Of a DNA stretch of 64,000 bases, positions 36,525 through 51,000 are shown in pieces. Source of the DNA: Pristiophorus japonicus (taxonomy: Eukaryota); contig NC_091999.1 of assembly GCF_044704955.1 (NCBI RefSeq), positions 43,834,001-43,898,000 of the forward strand, written 5' to 3'. The notes below the pieces were generated by a model that made no database searches, had not been told where the DNA came from, and saw only the letters and a program-made list of their open reading frames with translations. The position numbers were made by a program, and so were the translations under genes. Each line of letters starts with the position of its first letter. Positions within the stretch are counted from its first letter, which is position 1.

Positions 36525-38900
36525 CAGTTTCTACTCCACTACACCATGTCTCTGTTTATATTACACTAGACCCTGTCTCTGTTTATATTACGCTAGAACC
36601 TCTCGCTGTTTATGTTACACTAGACCCTGTCTCTGTTTATATTTCACCAGACCCTGTCTCTGTTTATATTACACTAGACCCTGTCTCTGTTTATATTACC
36701 CTAGAACCTGTCTCAGTTTATATTACACGACCCTGTCTCTGTTTATATTACACTAGACCCTTTCGCTGGTTAAGTTACACTCGCCCATATATCTCTTTAT
36801 ATTACACTAGAACCTGTTTCTTTTTATGTTAGACAAGGGCATGTCTCTGTTTATCTTGCACTCGGCCCAGTCTCTATTTAAATCACTCTAGACGCTGGCT
36901 CAGTTATAATTCATTGCAACTTATCTATGCTTATATTAGGCCTTACATCTCAGATGGAATATTATGGGCAATTTTGTGCACCACATTTCCATAACGATGT
37001 ACAGACATTAAAAAGGGTACTGAAGAGGTTTAACTGGTTGTTACCAGCGATGAGGGACTTCAATTAGAGAGTTCAAAAGTTAGAGCTGTTCTCCTGTAAA
37101 AGAGAAGTTTATCTAGCGACCTAATAGATGTCTTCAACATGATAACTAGTTTTCTAATGTAGAGGCAATATGATGGGGCATGTCTTCACCGAGAGGGTGG
37201 TGAAAAGCACGATATGAAATATTGGTAGAGGCAGGAATTCTCACCATATATAAAAGATTCTTGAATGTTCAGTTAATGTGTCGTAACCTGCAGGCTACTG
37301 AACACGAGCTGGAAAGTGGGATTTGGCAAGATAGCTCTTGGTCGACTGGCACTATACAATGAGCTGAAATGGCCTCCTTCCACGCTGTCAATTTCTAAGA
37401 TTCTATGATATATTATATCGGCTCCCACTAAGCAGAGGTCCTAGATTTAAAAGCATTGGCATAAGATCAGGAGCGGAGAAAAGCAGAATTGGTTTTCACT
37501 CAGGGTCAGCAGAGGCACGATGGACCGAATAGCTTCCTTTAAGCTGTAATTGTCTGTGACACTATAAAATCAAAGCAGATTGTTTCTCAGCTTTTACTCA
37601 ACTACACCATGTCTCTGTTTATATTATACTAGACCCTGTCTCTGTTTATATTACGCTAGACCCTGTCTCTCTTTATATTACGCTAGACCCTCTCGCTGTT
37701 TATGTTACACTAGACCCTGTCTCTGTTTATATTGCACCAGACCCTGTCACTGTTTATATTACACCAGACCCTGTCTCTGTTTATATTACACTAGACCCTG
37801 TCTCAGTTTATATTACCCTAGAACCTGTCTCAGTTTATATTACACGACCCTGTCTCTGTTTATATTACACTAGACCCTTTCGTTGGTTATGTTACACTCG
37901 CCCATATATCTATTTATTTCACACTAGAACCTGTCTCTTTTTATGTTACACTAGAGCCTGTCTCTCTATATCTTGCACTAGGCCCAGTCTCTATTTAAAT
38001 CACTCTAGACGCTGTCTCAGTTATTAATTCATTGCAACTTATCTCTGCTTATATTAGGCCTTAGACCTCAGATGGAATATTATGGACAGTTTTGAGCACC
38101 ACATTTCCATAACGATGTACAGACACTAAAAAGGGTACTGAAGAGGTTTAACCGGTTGTTACCAGCGATGAGGGACTTCAATTAGAGAGTTCAAAAGTTA
38201 GAACTGTTCTCCTTGTAACAGAGAAGTTTAACTAGCGACCTAATAGATGTCTTCAACATGATAACTAGTTTTCTAATGTAGAGGAGATATGAGGGGACAT
38301 GTCTTCACCGAGAGGGTGGTGGAGTCTGAAACGCACTATATGAAATATTGGTAGAGGCAGGAAATCTCACCATATATAAAAGATTCTTGAATGTTCAGTT
38401 AACGTGTCGTAACCTACAGGCTACTGAACACGGCAGGATAGCTCTTGGTTGGCTGGCGCTATATAATGAGCTGAAATGGCCTCCTTCCATGCTGTCAATT
38501 TCTAAGATTCTATGATATATTATATCGGCTCCCACTAAGCAGAGGTCCTAGATTTTATAGCATTGGCATAAGATCAGGAGCCGAGAAGTGCAGAATTGGT
38601 TTTCACTCAGGGTCAGCAGAGGCACGATGGACCGAATAGCTTCCTTTAAGCTATAATTGTCTGTGACACTATGAAATCACGGCAGATTGTTTCTCAGTTT
38701 TTACTCCACTACACCATGTCTCTGTTTATATTACACTGGACCCTGTCGCTCTTTATATTACACTAGGCCCTGTCTCTGTTTATATTACGCTAGACCCTCT
38801 CGCTGTTTATGTTACACTAGACCCTGTCTCTGTTTATATTGCACCAGACCCTGTCTCTGTTTATATTACACCAAACCCTGTCTCTGTTTATATTACGCTA
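36525..38900. repeat. ~1.1-kb higher-order tandem duplication (satellite block plus CR1 remnant), two full copies and the start of a third
   Basis: TTCATTGCAACTTATCT..ATATTAGGCC at ~36910 and ~38028; ORFs at 37580 and 38687 both start MFLSFYSTTPCLCLYY. Confidence 0.85.
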
Positions 38901-39574
38901 GATGCTCTCGCTGTAATAATGACACTAGACCCTGTCTCTGTTTATATTACACCAGACCCTGTCTCTGTTTATATTACACCAGACCCTGCCTCTGTTTATA
39001 TTATAATTAGACCCCGTCTCTGTTTATATTACACCAGATCATGTCTCTGTTTATATTACACGAGACCCTATCTCTGTTTATATTTCATTAGACCCTGTGT
39101 CTGTCTACATTACCCTCGACCCTGTCTCTGTTTACTTTACACTAGACCCTGTCTCTGCTCATGCTACACTGGATCCTGTCTGTGTATATAATATACCAGA
39201 GCCTAACTCTGTTTATATACCATGCCTCTGTATACATTGCATGAGACCCTACCTCTGTTTCTTTTACACCAGGCCCTGTCTCTGTTTATATTACCCTAGT
39301 CCATGTCTCTTTATATATTACAGTAGAGCCTGTCTCTGTTTACATTATACTAGACCCTGTATCTGTTATATTAGACTGGACCATGTCTCTTTATATATTA
39401 CACGAGACCCTGTCTCTGTTTATTTTACACCAGATCCTGTCTGTGTTTATATTGCACTGGATCCTGTCTCGATTTATATTGCACTGGATCCTGTTTCTTT
39501 TTATATTACACTAGACATTGTCACTGTTTAAATTACCCTAGACCCTATCTCTGTTTATAATACACGAGATCCTG

Positions 39575-40980
39575 TGCGATTTTAAAAAGGAGACTGCAAA
39601 AAGCAGGAAACTATAGGCAAGTTAGCCTAACATCTGTCGTTGGGAAAATACAGGACTCCATTATTAAGGAAGTAGTAGCGAGATATTTGGAAATGCATAA
39701 TTCAATTAAGCAAAGTCAGCATGGTTTTATGAAAAGGAATTCATGTTTGACATATTTGCTTGTGTTCATTGAGGATGTAACGATTAGGGTAGATAAGGGA
39801 GAACCAGTGGATGTGTTATATTTGGATTTCCAGAAAGCAATCGATTAGGTGCCACATAAAAGGTTCCTGCACAAGATAAAAGTTCAAGGGGTTGGGGCGA
39901 AAGTCTTAGCATAGATAGAGCTTTGGATAACTAACAGAAAACAGAGAGTCGGGATAAATGGGTCATTTTCCGGTAGGGAAACAGTGACTAGTGTGGTGCC
40001 GCAGGGATCGGTGCTGTGTCCTCAAATTTTACAATCTATTTTAATGTCTTGGATGAAGGGACAGAGTGTAATGTAGCCAAGTTTGCTGATGATAAAAAGA
40101 TGGGTGGGAAAACAAATTGTGAGGAGGACACAAAATATCGGCAAAGGGATATATACAGGCTAAGTGAGTGGGCAAAAGTTTGGCAGATGGAGTATAATGT
40201 GGGAAAATGTGAGGTTATCCACTTTTGCTGGAAAAATTAGAAAAGCAAATTTTAATTTAAATGGAGAAAAATTGCTAAGTGCTGCAGGACAGAGAGACCT
40301 GTGTGTCCTTGTGCTTGAAACACAAAACGTTAGTATGCACGTACTGCAAGTAATCAGGAAGGCAAATGGAATTCTGGCCTTTATTGCAAGGGGCATAAAG
40401 TATGTAAGCAAAGGAGGCCTGCTGCAACTGTACAGGGTATAGGTGAGGCCACACCTGATGCACAGCGTACAGTTTTCGTCCCTGTATTGAAGGAAGGATA
40501 TACGTGCATTGGAGGCTGTTCAGAGAAGATTCACTAAGTTGATTCCGGATATGATGCGGATGACTTATGAAGATAGGTTGAGTAGGTTGGGCATATACAC
40601 ATTGGATTTAAGTACAATGGGAAGGGATCTTATCGAAACGCATAAGGTAATGTGGGCCTCGACAGGGTGGATGCAGAGAGGATATTTGCACTCATCGGGG
40701 AAAATAAAATTTGGGACATAGTTTTAGAATAAGGGACTGCCGATTTAAAGCTGATATGAGGAGGAATTTCTTCTCTCAGAGGATTGCAAATCTGTGTAAT
40801 TCGCTGTCCCAGAGATCTGTGGAGGAAGGATCATTGATTATATTTAAGGCGGAGATCAGCAGATTTTTGAGCGATAAGGGAATGAACGGTTATGGGGAGC
40901 GGGCAGGGAAGTGCAGCTCTGTCCATGATCAGGTCAGCCTACACCTGCTCCTATTTCTTATGTTCTTATGTTCTTACGAT
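39575..40980 (+). mobile_element. Degenerate CR1 ORF2 3' half with tail
   Basis: AKFADDKK and EAVQRRFTKLIP motifs; TTCTTATG tail. Confidence 0.85.
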
Positions 40981-42479
40981 TCTATGACAATGTTTACACT
41001 TGCAGGAGGGCTATTATCCGGAGGACACAGCTATTACTGCCCAAGACCATGCCTCAGGTTATATTGTACTAGGCACTGTCTTTGTTTTGATTTTATTAAG
41101 ACCTGTCTCATTTATTACTGCACAGGGCCCTGACTCCGTTGATATTATATTAGACCCTGTCACAGTTATTTCTGCACTAGACTCTGTCTTTGTTTATATT
41201 AGATCAGAGCCTGTTTCTCTTTTTATTATATTAAACCCTGTCTCAGTTATTACTGCACTAGTCCAGTCTCTGTTTACATTACACAGAACCTTTCTCTGAT
41301 TTCAGGGCTGTAGGCACGGACGCAGTTACCTTTCTGCTAAACAATGTTTCTCTTTATATTACATTCAACAGTGTCTCTGTTTATATTACATTGGGCCCTC
41401 TCTTAGTATTGACTGTACTAGGCCCGTTTTTTAAAAATTACACAAGATCTTTCTGTTTCTATTCTACTAGAACCGATCTCTGTTAAATTACACTAGATCC
41501 TGTCTCTGTTTAATATACACTAGACCCTGTCTCGTTTATATTAAACTAGATCCTGTCTCTGTTTATACTATGCTCGACCATGTCACTGTTTATATTACTC
41601 TACATCCTGCCTCTGTTTATATTACACTAGACCCTGTCTCTGTTTATACTACGCTAGATCATGTTACTGTTTATATTGCACTATATCATGTCTCTGTTTA
41701 TATTACACTAGACCACGTCTCTGTTTATATTACAAGAGATGCTGTCTCAGTTTCCATTATACTACAACCTGTCTCTGTATATATTACACTCGACCCTGTC
41801 TCAGTTTTTATTACACTAGACCATGTCTCTGTTTATAATACACTCGACCCTGTTTCTGGTTATATTACACTAGACTTTCTGTCTCTGTTTATATTACACT
41901 AGACCACGTCTCTGTTTATAATGCACTAGATACTGTCCGTATTTATATTACACGAGAACATATCTCTGTTTATATTACACTAGATCCTCTCTCGGTTTAT
42001 GTCACATTAGACCCTGCCTCTGTTTGTATTAAACTCGAACCTGCCTCCGTTTATTTTACACTAGACGCTGCCTCTGCTTATATTACATTACACCCTGTCT
42101 CTGTTTATGTTACATTAGGCCCTGTCCCTGTTTACAGTACACTAGACCATGTCCCTTTTTATATTACACTCAAATCTGTCTCTGTTTATGTTAAATTAGA
42201 ACCTGTCTCTTTTTAAAGGCCTCTAGGCCCTGTCTAAGTTACCATTCTGCTAAACCATGTTTCTTTTTACATTACATTCAACGGTATTTCTGTTTATATA
42301 AAGTAGGGCCCTGTCTTAGTTATTACTGCACTAGACCCTGTCTTTTGCTATATATTACACGAGCCCATTTCCCTGTTTATCTTACACTAGACCCTGCCTA
42401 TGTTTATATTACACAACGCCTGTCTCTGTTTATATTACACTAGAAGTTGTCACTGTTTATTTCATGCTAGATCCTGTCG

Positions 42480-43285
42480 CCATCTAAAAAAGGACGTAGA
42501 CAAAAGCAGTAAACGATAGACCAGTTTGGCTAACATCTGTCGTTGGGAAAATGCTGTAGTCCATTATTAAGGAAGCAGGAACGGGCATTTGGAAAAGTAT
42601 AATTCAATCAAGCAGAGTCAACATGGTTTTATGAAAGGGAAATAATGTTTGACAAATTTGTTGGATGTCTTTAAGGTTGTAACGAGCAGGCTGGATAAAG
42701 TAGAACAAGTGAATGCAGTGTATTTGCATTTCCAGAAGGCAATCGATTAGCTGCTACATAAAAGGTTCCTGCACATGATAAAATTTCACAGGGTTTGGGG
42801 GTGATATATTAGCATAGATAGAGTATTGGTTAAATAACAGAAAACAGAGAACTGACTTAAATGGGTCATTTTCCGGTTGGCAAATAGTGTTGTGTGGTGC
42901 CGCAGGGATCGTGCTGTGGCCTCAACTATTTACATTCTATATTAATGACATGGATGAAGGGACTGAGTGTAATATAGCCAAATTTGCTGATGATAGAAAG
43001 ATGGATGGGAAAGCAAACTATGAGGAGAATACAAAAGATCTGCAAAGCGATATAGCCAGGCTAAGTGAGTGGTCAAAATTTGGCAGATGGAATATAATGT
43101 GGGCAAATGTGATGTTATCCATTTTGGCAGAAAAAATAGCAAAGCAAATTCTAATATAAATGAAGAAAAATTGCAAAGTGCTGCAATACAGAGGGACCTG
43201 GGTGTCCTTGTGCATGAAACACAAAAGGTTAGCATGCAGTTACCGCAGATAATCAGGAAGACAAATGGTATGTTGACCTTTATTG
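42480..43285 (+). mobile_element. Degenerate CR1 RT fragment
   Basis: PQLFTFYINDMDEGTECNIAKFADD. Confidence 0.85.
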
Positions 43286-44949
43286 GTACTGTACTAGACT
43301 CTGCTTATGTTAATATTGCACAGTGCCCTGCCTCATTTATTATTGCTCTTGACCCGGTGTCTAGTTATATTGCATTATGCCCTGCATCTGTTCATATTAC
43401 ACTGGGCCATGCCTCAGTTATTACTGCACTAAACCATGTCTCTGTTTATATTACACAATGTTCTCTCTGTTATACTGCATGAGAACACGTCTCTCTTCAT
43501 AATACATTAGGCCCTGTCTCAGTTATTACAGCACTGCGCTGTGCCCCTTTTCATATAGTCTTATATTAAATACTATCTCATTTGTTGCTGCCCTCTGGTA
43601 TGTATCTCTCATATTACATGAAACCTTGCCTCAGTTATAATGCACTAAGCAATGTCTATGTTTATACTACACTGGGTACTCTCCGTTATTACAATCGATA
43701 CCATCTCTCTAGTTATATGACATTCGGCACTGTCACAGTTAATACTACACGAAACGACGTCTCCTCTTTATATTGCTGTAGGTTTTGTCTCTGTTAATAA
43801 TGCATTAGACCATTCTTCTCTTTAAATTACACGATACACTTTCTCAATTAGTACTGAACTATGCCATGCCTCTATTCAATTAGATGACGGATGATCGACA
43901 TCTTAACTCCATCGACCAGCTTTGGTTCCGTCACCCGTAATCTCCTAACCGAACCAAAATCTACCAATCAATCTCTGGCAGCAATTAGAAAATAATGCCT
44001 CTGCCTGTTATAGCCTTCCCTTTATGAAGGGATTTGATACGGTTAAAAGTGAGACAGTGTTTACACTGACAGGAGTGTCGGTAACCAGAGGATACATATT
44101 TAAGATCATTTGCAACAAAAAAACAGAAGGGAGATGTGGAGATGTTTTAATGTAGCAAGTGGTTCTGATCTGGAATGCAGAAGATATACACTATCGTTCG
44201 TTTTTATGAATAGAGATATAGGGTGCAAATGCAAGGAACATACAGCTAAGCATCTGTAAAATATTGGTTATAGTCCAGCTGGAGTATTGTGTTTAATTCT
44301 GAGAGCCACATTTAGGAAAGATTGAACGGCCTTGGAAAGGGTGCTTGGGGAATTTACTAGAATAGTACCTTGGATAAAATACTTCAATTCAGTGAAGACA
44401 CTCGGGGCATTGAGATTGTTGTCATTAGAGCGGAGAAGGTTAAAAGGAGCTTTTACAAACATGTTCAAGACCGTGAATGATTCTGACACTTGAAATAAGA
44501 AGACAATTTTGCAGTGGCTGACGGGTCTGTAACAAGATGACACACATTTAAGGAATTGGCAAAAGAGCCCGAGGCGAAATGAGGAAAAAGAAATACACAA
44601 TGTGCTGTTATGATCTAGAATACTCTATCTGATAGGGTGCTGCTTTCGGTAATAAATTTCAAAAGTGAATTGGATAAATAGTTGAACTGGAAATAATGCA
44701 GGGTTATTGGGAAATAGCAGGGGTAGTGGGACCAATTGGTTAGCTGTTTCAACTCAGTCAGGGATAGGCACCAGAGAGCTGAATGTGCACGGTGTGTGCT
44801 GTATCATTCTTCCATTCTGCGATTCTATATCTACATCATCTCTCGGTTCATATTACACTAAGGCCCCTCTCGGTTTATAAAACACTTGTTCCTGCCGCAG
44901 TTATTATTGCACTAGTCAAGGCATTTTTTATATATCACGCTAAGACTTT

Positions 44950-45870
44950 AGAACACAAGAACATAAGAATATAAGAAATAGGAGCAGGAGTAGGCCATTT
45001 GTCCCCTCAAGCCTGCTCTGCCATTTAATAAGTTCATGGCTGGTCTGATCATGGACACAGCTCCAATGCCCTGCCCGCTCCTCCTAACCCTTTAATCACT
45101 TATTGCTCAAAAATCTGTCCATCTCTGCCTCACATACATTCAATGACCCAGCCTTCACACCTCTCTGTTGCAGAAAATTACACAGATTTACAAGTCTCTG
45201 AGAGAAGAAATTCCTCCTCATCTCAGTTTTAAATGGCAGCACCTTATTCTGAGATTAAGCCTCCTAATTTTAGTTTCCCCTGTGAGTGGAAATGTCCTCT
45301 CTGCATCAACCTTCTCGAGCCCCTTCATTATGTTATAAGTTTCGATAAGATCATCTCACATTCTTCTGAACTCCAACATGTATAGGCCCAACCTACTCAA
45401 CTTTTCTTCATACATCAATCCGCTCTTCTCCGGAATCAACCTAATGAACCTCCTCTGAAAAGTCTCCAATGCATGTATAACCTTCCTTACATTCGGAGAA
45501 CGAAACTTTACGCAGTACTCCAGCTGTGGCCTCACCAATACCCTGTCGAGTTGTAGCAGGACGTCTCTGCTTTTGTACTCAATTCCATTTGCAATAAAGG
45601 CCAACATTCCATTTGTCTTCCTGATTACTTGCTTTACCTGCATAGTAATATTTTGCGTTTCATGCACAAGTACACCCAGGTCCCTCTGTACCGCAGCACT
45701 TTGCAATTTATTTCCATTTAAATTATAATTTGCTTTCTCATTTTTTTCTGCCAAAGTAGATAATCTGAGATTTTCACCGTTATAATCCATCTGCCAAATT
45801 TTTGTCCACTCAATTAGCCTGTCTATATCACCTTGCAGATTTTTTTAGTGTCTTCATCACAATTTGCTAT
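44950..45870 (-). mobile_element. CR1 3' fragment
   Basis: ORF 45356-45790 is an RT C-terminus; (CATAAGAA)n at the left end. Confidence 0.85.
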
Positions 45871-46789
45871 TGCACCCAAAATGTATTTTTACCCAACCAC
45901 TTGAATGGCCCCATTAACTCCGTGTTGTGGTCAGTTTACTCATCCTCCCAGCAGTCCCTCTCTTGGTTATCGATACCCTGGACCCTGTCACAGTTATTAC
46001 TGCACTAGACCCAGTCTCTGTTTATATTACACTGGACCCTGTCTCTGTTTAATTAACACACGTCCCTATCTCTATTTATATTATACTAGACCTTGTCTCT
46101 ATTTATGTTACATTAGAACCTGCCCCTGTTTATATTACACCAGAACCTGTCTCTGTTTATATTACACTAGCCCCAGTCTCTGTTTATATTACACTAGACC
46201 CAGTCATGGTTTATATTACACAAGCCCCTGTCTCTGTTTATGTTACACTAGGCCCTGTCTCTATTTATATTACACTCGTCCCTATCTCAGTGTATATTAC
46301 ACTAGACTCGTTCCTTATTTATATTACACTGGACCATGGCTCTGTTTATATTATACTAGGCACTGTCTCAGTTATTCCTGCCATAGACCATGGCTGAAAT
46401 ATATTATAATAAATTCCTGTCTCTCTTCATGTTACTTTGGATCTTGTCTAAACTATTAGTGCGCTGGATCCTGTCTCTATTTCTTATACCATAGAACCTG
46501 CCTCAGTTATTACTGCACTTGCACATGCGTCTGTTACATAAGCAGACGATATGAAGAGAGATCGATAGATATTAATATAAATAAAGATGTGTATATGTGT
46601 AGGTGTGAGGATGCAATACTTTTTTGTTTGGAAGTATATGTTTAGATTTGTTAACAGCTATCAACACGTGTGTGCAATCTCTAATTGATCTGGTATTATG
46701 ACGATAATATTTGCGTTGCGAGGATGGGGTGAACCTTGTAACAATCTCCCAGAGATGGACTGGAATTGAGGGACAGGACGGAAGGTGTG

Positions 46790-47039
46790 CACTTTGAACT
46801 ACTGGCAACATCCGTGTGTTGGAGGTTACTAAATCACAATGTGTTTTCCTGTGTCCATTTCTCCAAGTTCTTTAACATTAACGATTGTTTTTCATCCAGT
46901 ATTTTCTATTTAGCTGTGACGTGACCCACTGAGTGTGTCAGACAGAGCCTGGAACCGTGACCTCAGAGCACCGCCGGATGGGCGGCCGCAGGGTCCTAAT
47001 ATTCACCGGAAAAAAATTCTCACCTAGTGAAATGAACAA
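46790..47039 (-). pseudogene. Degenerate Ig-superfamily (V/I-like) exon, copy A
   Basis: CTCTTTTCAG acceptor; remnant ..TLR/RPSGGALRSRFQA..IENTG*KTIVNVKELGEMDTGKH/CDLV resembles the Ig LxIxxLxxxDTGxYxC motif; stops and frameshifts present. Confidence 0.5.
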
Positions 47040-47057
47040 CTGAAAAGAGAACACAAA

Positions 47058-47186
47058 NNNNNNNNNNNNNNNNNNNNNNNNNNNNNNNNNNNNNNNNNNN
47101 NNNNNNNNNNNNNNNNNNNNNNNNNNNNNNNNNNNNNNNNNNNNNNNNNNNNNNNNNNNNNNNNNNNNNNNNNNNNNNNNNNNNNN
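47058..47186. other. Assembly gap or masked sequence (129 N)
   Basis: Run of N. Confidence 1.
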
Positions 47187-47514
47187 TTGCAGACATTCAT
47201 AATGTGTGCAAGTGCATTCCACAAAGATAAATGATTAGCTTCAGCCAATATTTTCCAGCATTTTACTTTATTCAAAATGCAATCACAGGTCGGTTAATAG
47301 CTTTAAAATGTATTGATAACCCATTCTCTTGCTTGATCTTGTTTAGAAAATAATGTCAATCTGACCATTCTGTTACCAGGTGACCATTTCTGTCAGCAGT
47401 ATTCAGTGTGAAACGGGATTAAATCACACCTAGGATAATGAGCATCCAGACGCCAGTCTCTGCGCTTTATCGTCTTGTAATCACCTCATCATCACCCAGA
47501 AAACACTGATGTAC

Positions 47515-48020
47515 TCCTTGAGGGAGCGCAGCCAAAGTTCACAAAACTGATTCGCGGGATGGCAGGATTGACCTATGAAAAAAGATTGGATTGACTAGCC
47601 TTATATTCGCTGGAATTTAGAAGAATGAGAGGGGATCTCATAGAATCATATACAATTCTGACGGGATTGGACAGGTTAGAAGTAGGAAGAATGTTCCCGA
47701 TGTTGGGGAAGTCTAGAACTAGGAGTCACAGTCTAAGGATAAGGGGTAAGCCATTTAGGACAGAGATGAGGAGAATCTTCTTCACCCAGAGAAATGTGAA
47801 CCGATGGAATTCTCTGCCACAGAAAGTTTTTGAGTCCAGTTAGTTGGATATATTCAAAAGGGAGTTAGATGTGGCCCTTACGGCTAAAGGGATCAGGGGG
47901 TATGGAGAGAAGACTGGAGTGGGGTACTGAAGATATATGATCAGCCATGATCATATTGAATGGTGCTGCAGGCTCGAAGGGCCGAATGGCCTGCTCTTAC
48001 ACATATTTTCTATGTTTCTA
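47515..48020 (+). mobile_element. CR1 3' end (present in the 47-kb duplicate only)
   Basis: MRGDLIESYTILTGLDRL..; TTTCTATG tail; absent at the paralogous position ~57930. Confidence 0.85.
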
Positions 48021-51000
48021 TACTTCTATGATTAGTGCACCTGTACCTGGCAGGAGGTTAATAAATCCGTAATTATCTGGCATTATTTCTCTCATTACAC
48101 CAGATCCCGACCCCGTCGCAGGTTTTAGTGCACTAGACCCAGTCTCAGTTTATACGGTTTATGTGGTAGACTTCTAAAAGTTGTTTGATAAAGTGCCATA
48201 AAAATTTAAACCCATAGAATAAAGTGGACAGTGACAGCATGATATATGACAGAGTAGTGGTTACCAGTTATTTTTTGCTGGACTGGGGGAAGGTATACTG
48301 TGATATTCTGCAGCGTTTGGTACAAGGAACACTGCGTTTCTTCATTTATATTCATGACTTAGACTTAGGAGTACAGGGTAAAATTTCGAAATTTGCAGAT
48401 GATACAAAACTTGCAAATACAGTGAACAGTGAGGAGGATAGTGATGACTTCAAGAGGACATAGACATGCTGATGAAAGGGGTGCACTCGTGGCAAATGAA
48501 ACGGAGAAAAGTATGCAATTAATCACTTTTATAAGACGAATGAGGAGAGGAAAAATAAACCAAAGCGTACAATTCTAAAGGAGTTGCATGAACACAGTGA
48601 CCTGATGGTATATGTGCACAAATCATTGAAGGTGGCAGGGCCGGTTGAGAAAATGGTCAAAAAAGCTTACATGATCCTAGGCATCAAAAATACACACATA
48701 AAGTACAAAAGAAAGGAAGTTATGATGAACGTTTATAAAACACTGGTTAAGCCTCACCTGGAGTATTGTGTCCAATTCTTTAGGAAGGATATAAGGCCTT
48801 AGAGAGGATTCAGAAAATATTTACAATTGTGGTTCCAGTGACACGGTACTTCGTTTAAGTGGATAGTCTGGAGAAGATGGAATTGTTCTCCTTGGAGCAG
48901 GAAGGTTGAGATGAGATTTCATAGAGGTGTTCAGAACATAATGGGACGAGACAGAGTAGATATCGAGAAACTGTTCCCATTGGTGGAAAGATCGAGAACA
49001 AAGGGCACAGATTTACGGTGATTAGCAGATTGGAAAACTGCAAATATAATGCCCCTATTGACAGGCTAAAAGCTGGAAACTATAAACCAGTTAGTCTAAC
49101 AGCTGTGCTTGGGAAAATGTTGGAATCCATTATTAAAGAAGCAGTGGCAGAATATTTGGAAAATAAAAATTCGGTCAGGCAGAGTTGGCATGGATTTATG
49201 AAGGGGAAGTCATGTTTGACACATTTTCTGGAAATCTTTGAGGATGTAACACACAGGGTGGATAAAGAGGAACCAGTGGATGTGATGTGTTTGGGCTTTT
49301 AGAAGGCATTTGACAAGGTGCCACATAAAAGGTTACTGCACAAGATAAACATTGACGGGGTTGGGGCTGAAATTATAGCAAGGATAGAGGATTAGCTAAC
49401 TGACAGAAAACAGAGAGTCAGGATCAATGGTTCATTCTAGGGTTGGCAATCAGTAAATATTGGGGTGCTGCAGGGATCAGTGCTGGGAACCCATCTGTAT
49501 ACAATCTACCAACTTTGAAGAAGGGATCGAGAGTAACATAGCCAAGTTTTATGATGATACAAAGATGGGAGAAAAAGCAATGTGTGACGAGGACACAAGA
49601 ATACTCCACTACATCTCAGTAGACCATTCTCAAGTTTATTTTACCCTATCCATCACGTTAAATATTCCCTCCCTCCTCCAACGGTGCAGCATGCCTGCAA
49701 TGATTAAAATCGCCAAGATGCTTTGCAGCAACTCCCCAAGACATCCTCGACAACCCTTTCCAGACCTGCGACCTCTTCCACCTGGAAGGGCAAGGGTAGC
49801 GTGGTCATGGGAACACCATCATCTCCATGTATCCCTCCAAATCACACATCAACCTGACTTGGAAACTTATTACCGTTCCTTCATAGTCGCTGGGTCAAAT
49901 TCGTGGAACCCCCTCCCGAACAATGTGGGGGGTTCCATCACCACATGGACTGCAGCGGTTCAAGGTGGCAGCTCGGCCAATTCGGGATGGACCATCAATG
50001 TTTGCCTTGTCAGCGACACCCACACCCATATGCAAGGAGCGAATAAAGAAATGTCCCTGTATCAGTAATCCTGCACGGGGCCCTATCTCAGTTATTACTG
50101 CACTAGAACTATTAATATTGTACTCGGCCCGGGAGCAGATATTACTGGAATATATCATGTCTTTGTTCCTATTACACAAGACCCTGTCTCTGTTTATATT
50201 AAACTAGACCAGGACATGGATTGTATTACACTAGCCCCATCCTTTTACATTATTAAACAAGACCATATCTCTGTTTATATTCCACTGGACCCTGTCTCAG
50301 TTATTACTGCACTAAACTTTGTAACTTCCAGGCCAGGTTCAGCATGTGTTAGCTACATAATAAAGCGCCCTCTACACTGCACCATCAAACATTCCCAGGC
50401 CAGGGACAGCATGTGTCAGGTACAGAGTAAAGTGCCCTCTATTCTGCCCCATCACATACTCCCATGGCAGGTATAGCACGTGTTAGATACAGAGTAACGC
50501 TCACTGTACTATGTCCCATTACACACTCCCAGGGCAGGTATACCTTTAAGCATAAACCTCCAGTATCACATTAGTGATGTTGCTGTACATGCTGACGAGA
50601 AGGAGTATTTCCCCATTCTTTCCATTATATCATCTTTCCTTTATTCTAATAAAATTTAGTGAAATGTACCAAAAAACAATTGTTGCGAGTCTGTTGAGAG
50701 ATTTGCATTTCTATCTATCTTTATTTCTATGCTGTGTTGGTGGGGAAACATTATTGTGTCTCTGTCGCTCAATACTCTAATCTGGGACATCTATTTCTGT
50801 GATTATTTACATAAAGGCCTGAATGGTTCCTATGAATTTTTCATGGCAGCAAAATCATGACAACAGAGTCACTTATTGATTAGTCTCAACTCACAACAAG
50901 GGCATATTTTAAGAATATTGACTGTGGGTACACAGAAGTAGCAATATGTCGAACAGTGACGTTGGCTTCAGTTTTGTTTAATTAGAACAGATGTGATTTA

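Larger units (their letters stand above)
33100..46520 (+). repeat. Discontinuous arrays of 27-bp satellite CTAGACCCTGTCTCTGTTTATATTACA interleaved with CR1 fragments
   Basis: Arrays at about 33100-33990, 36315-36900, 37590-38030, 38700-39570, 41040-42480, 43290-43860 and 45975-46520; they produce the LDPVSVYIT / TRPCLCLYY repeat ORFs; smaller patches at 50.1-50.3, 55.0-55.2 and 59.9-60.1 kb. Confidence 0.92.

Noticed and set aside
36404-46459. Cys/Tyr-rich repetitive ORFs (TRPCLCLYY)n and (LDPVSVYIT)n
   Set aside because: Translation of a 27-bp satellite whose unit is divisible by 3 and stop-free in two frames; no gene structure
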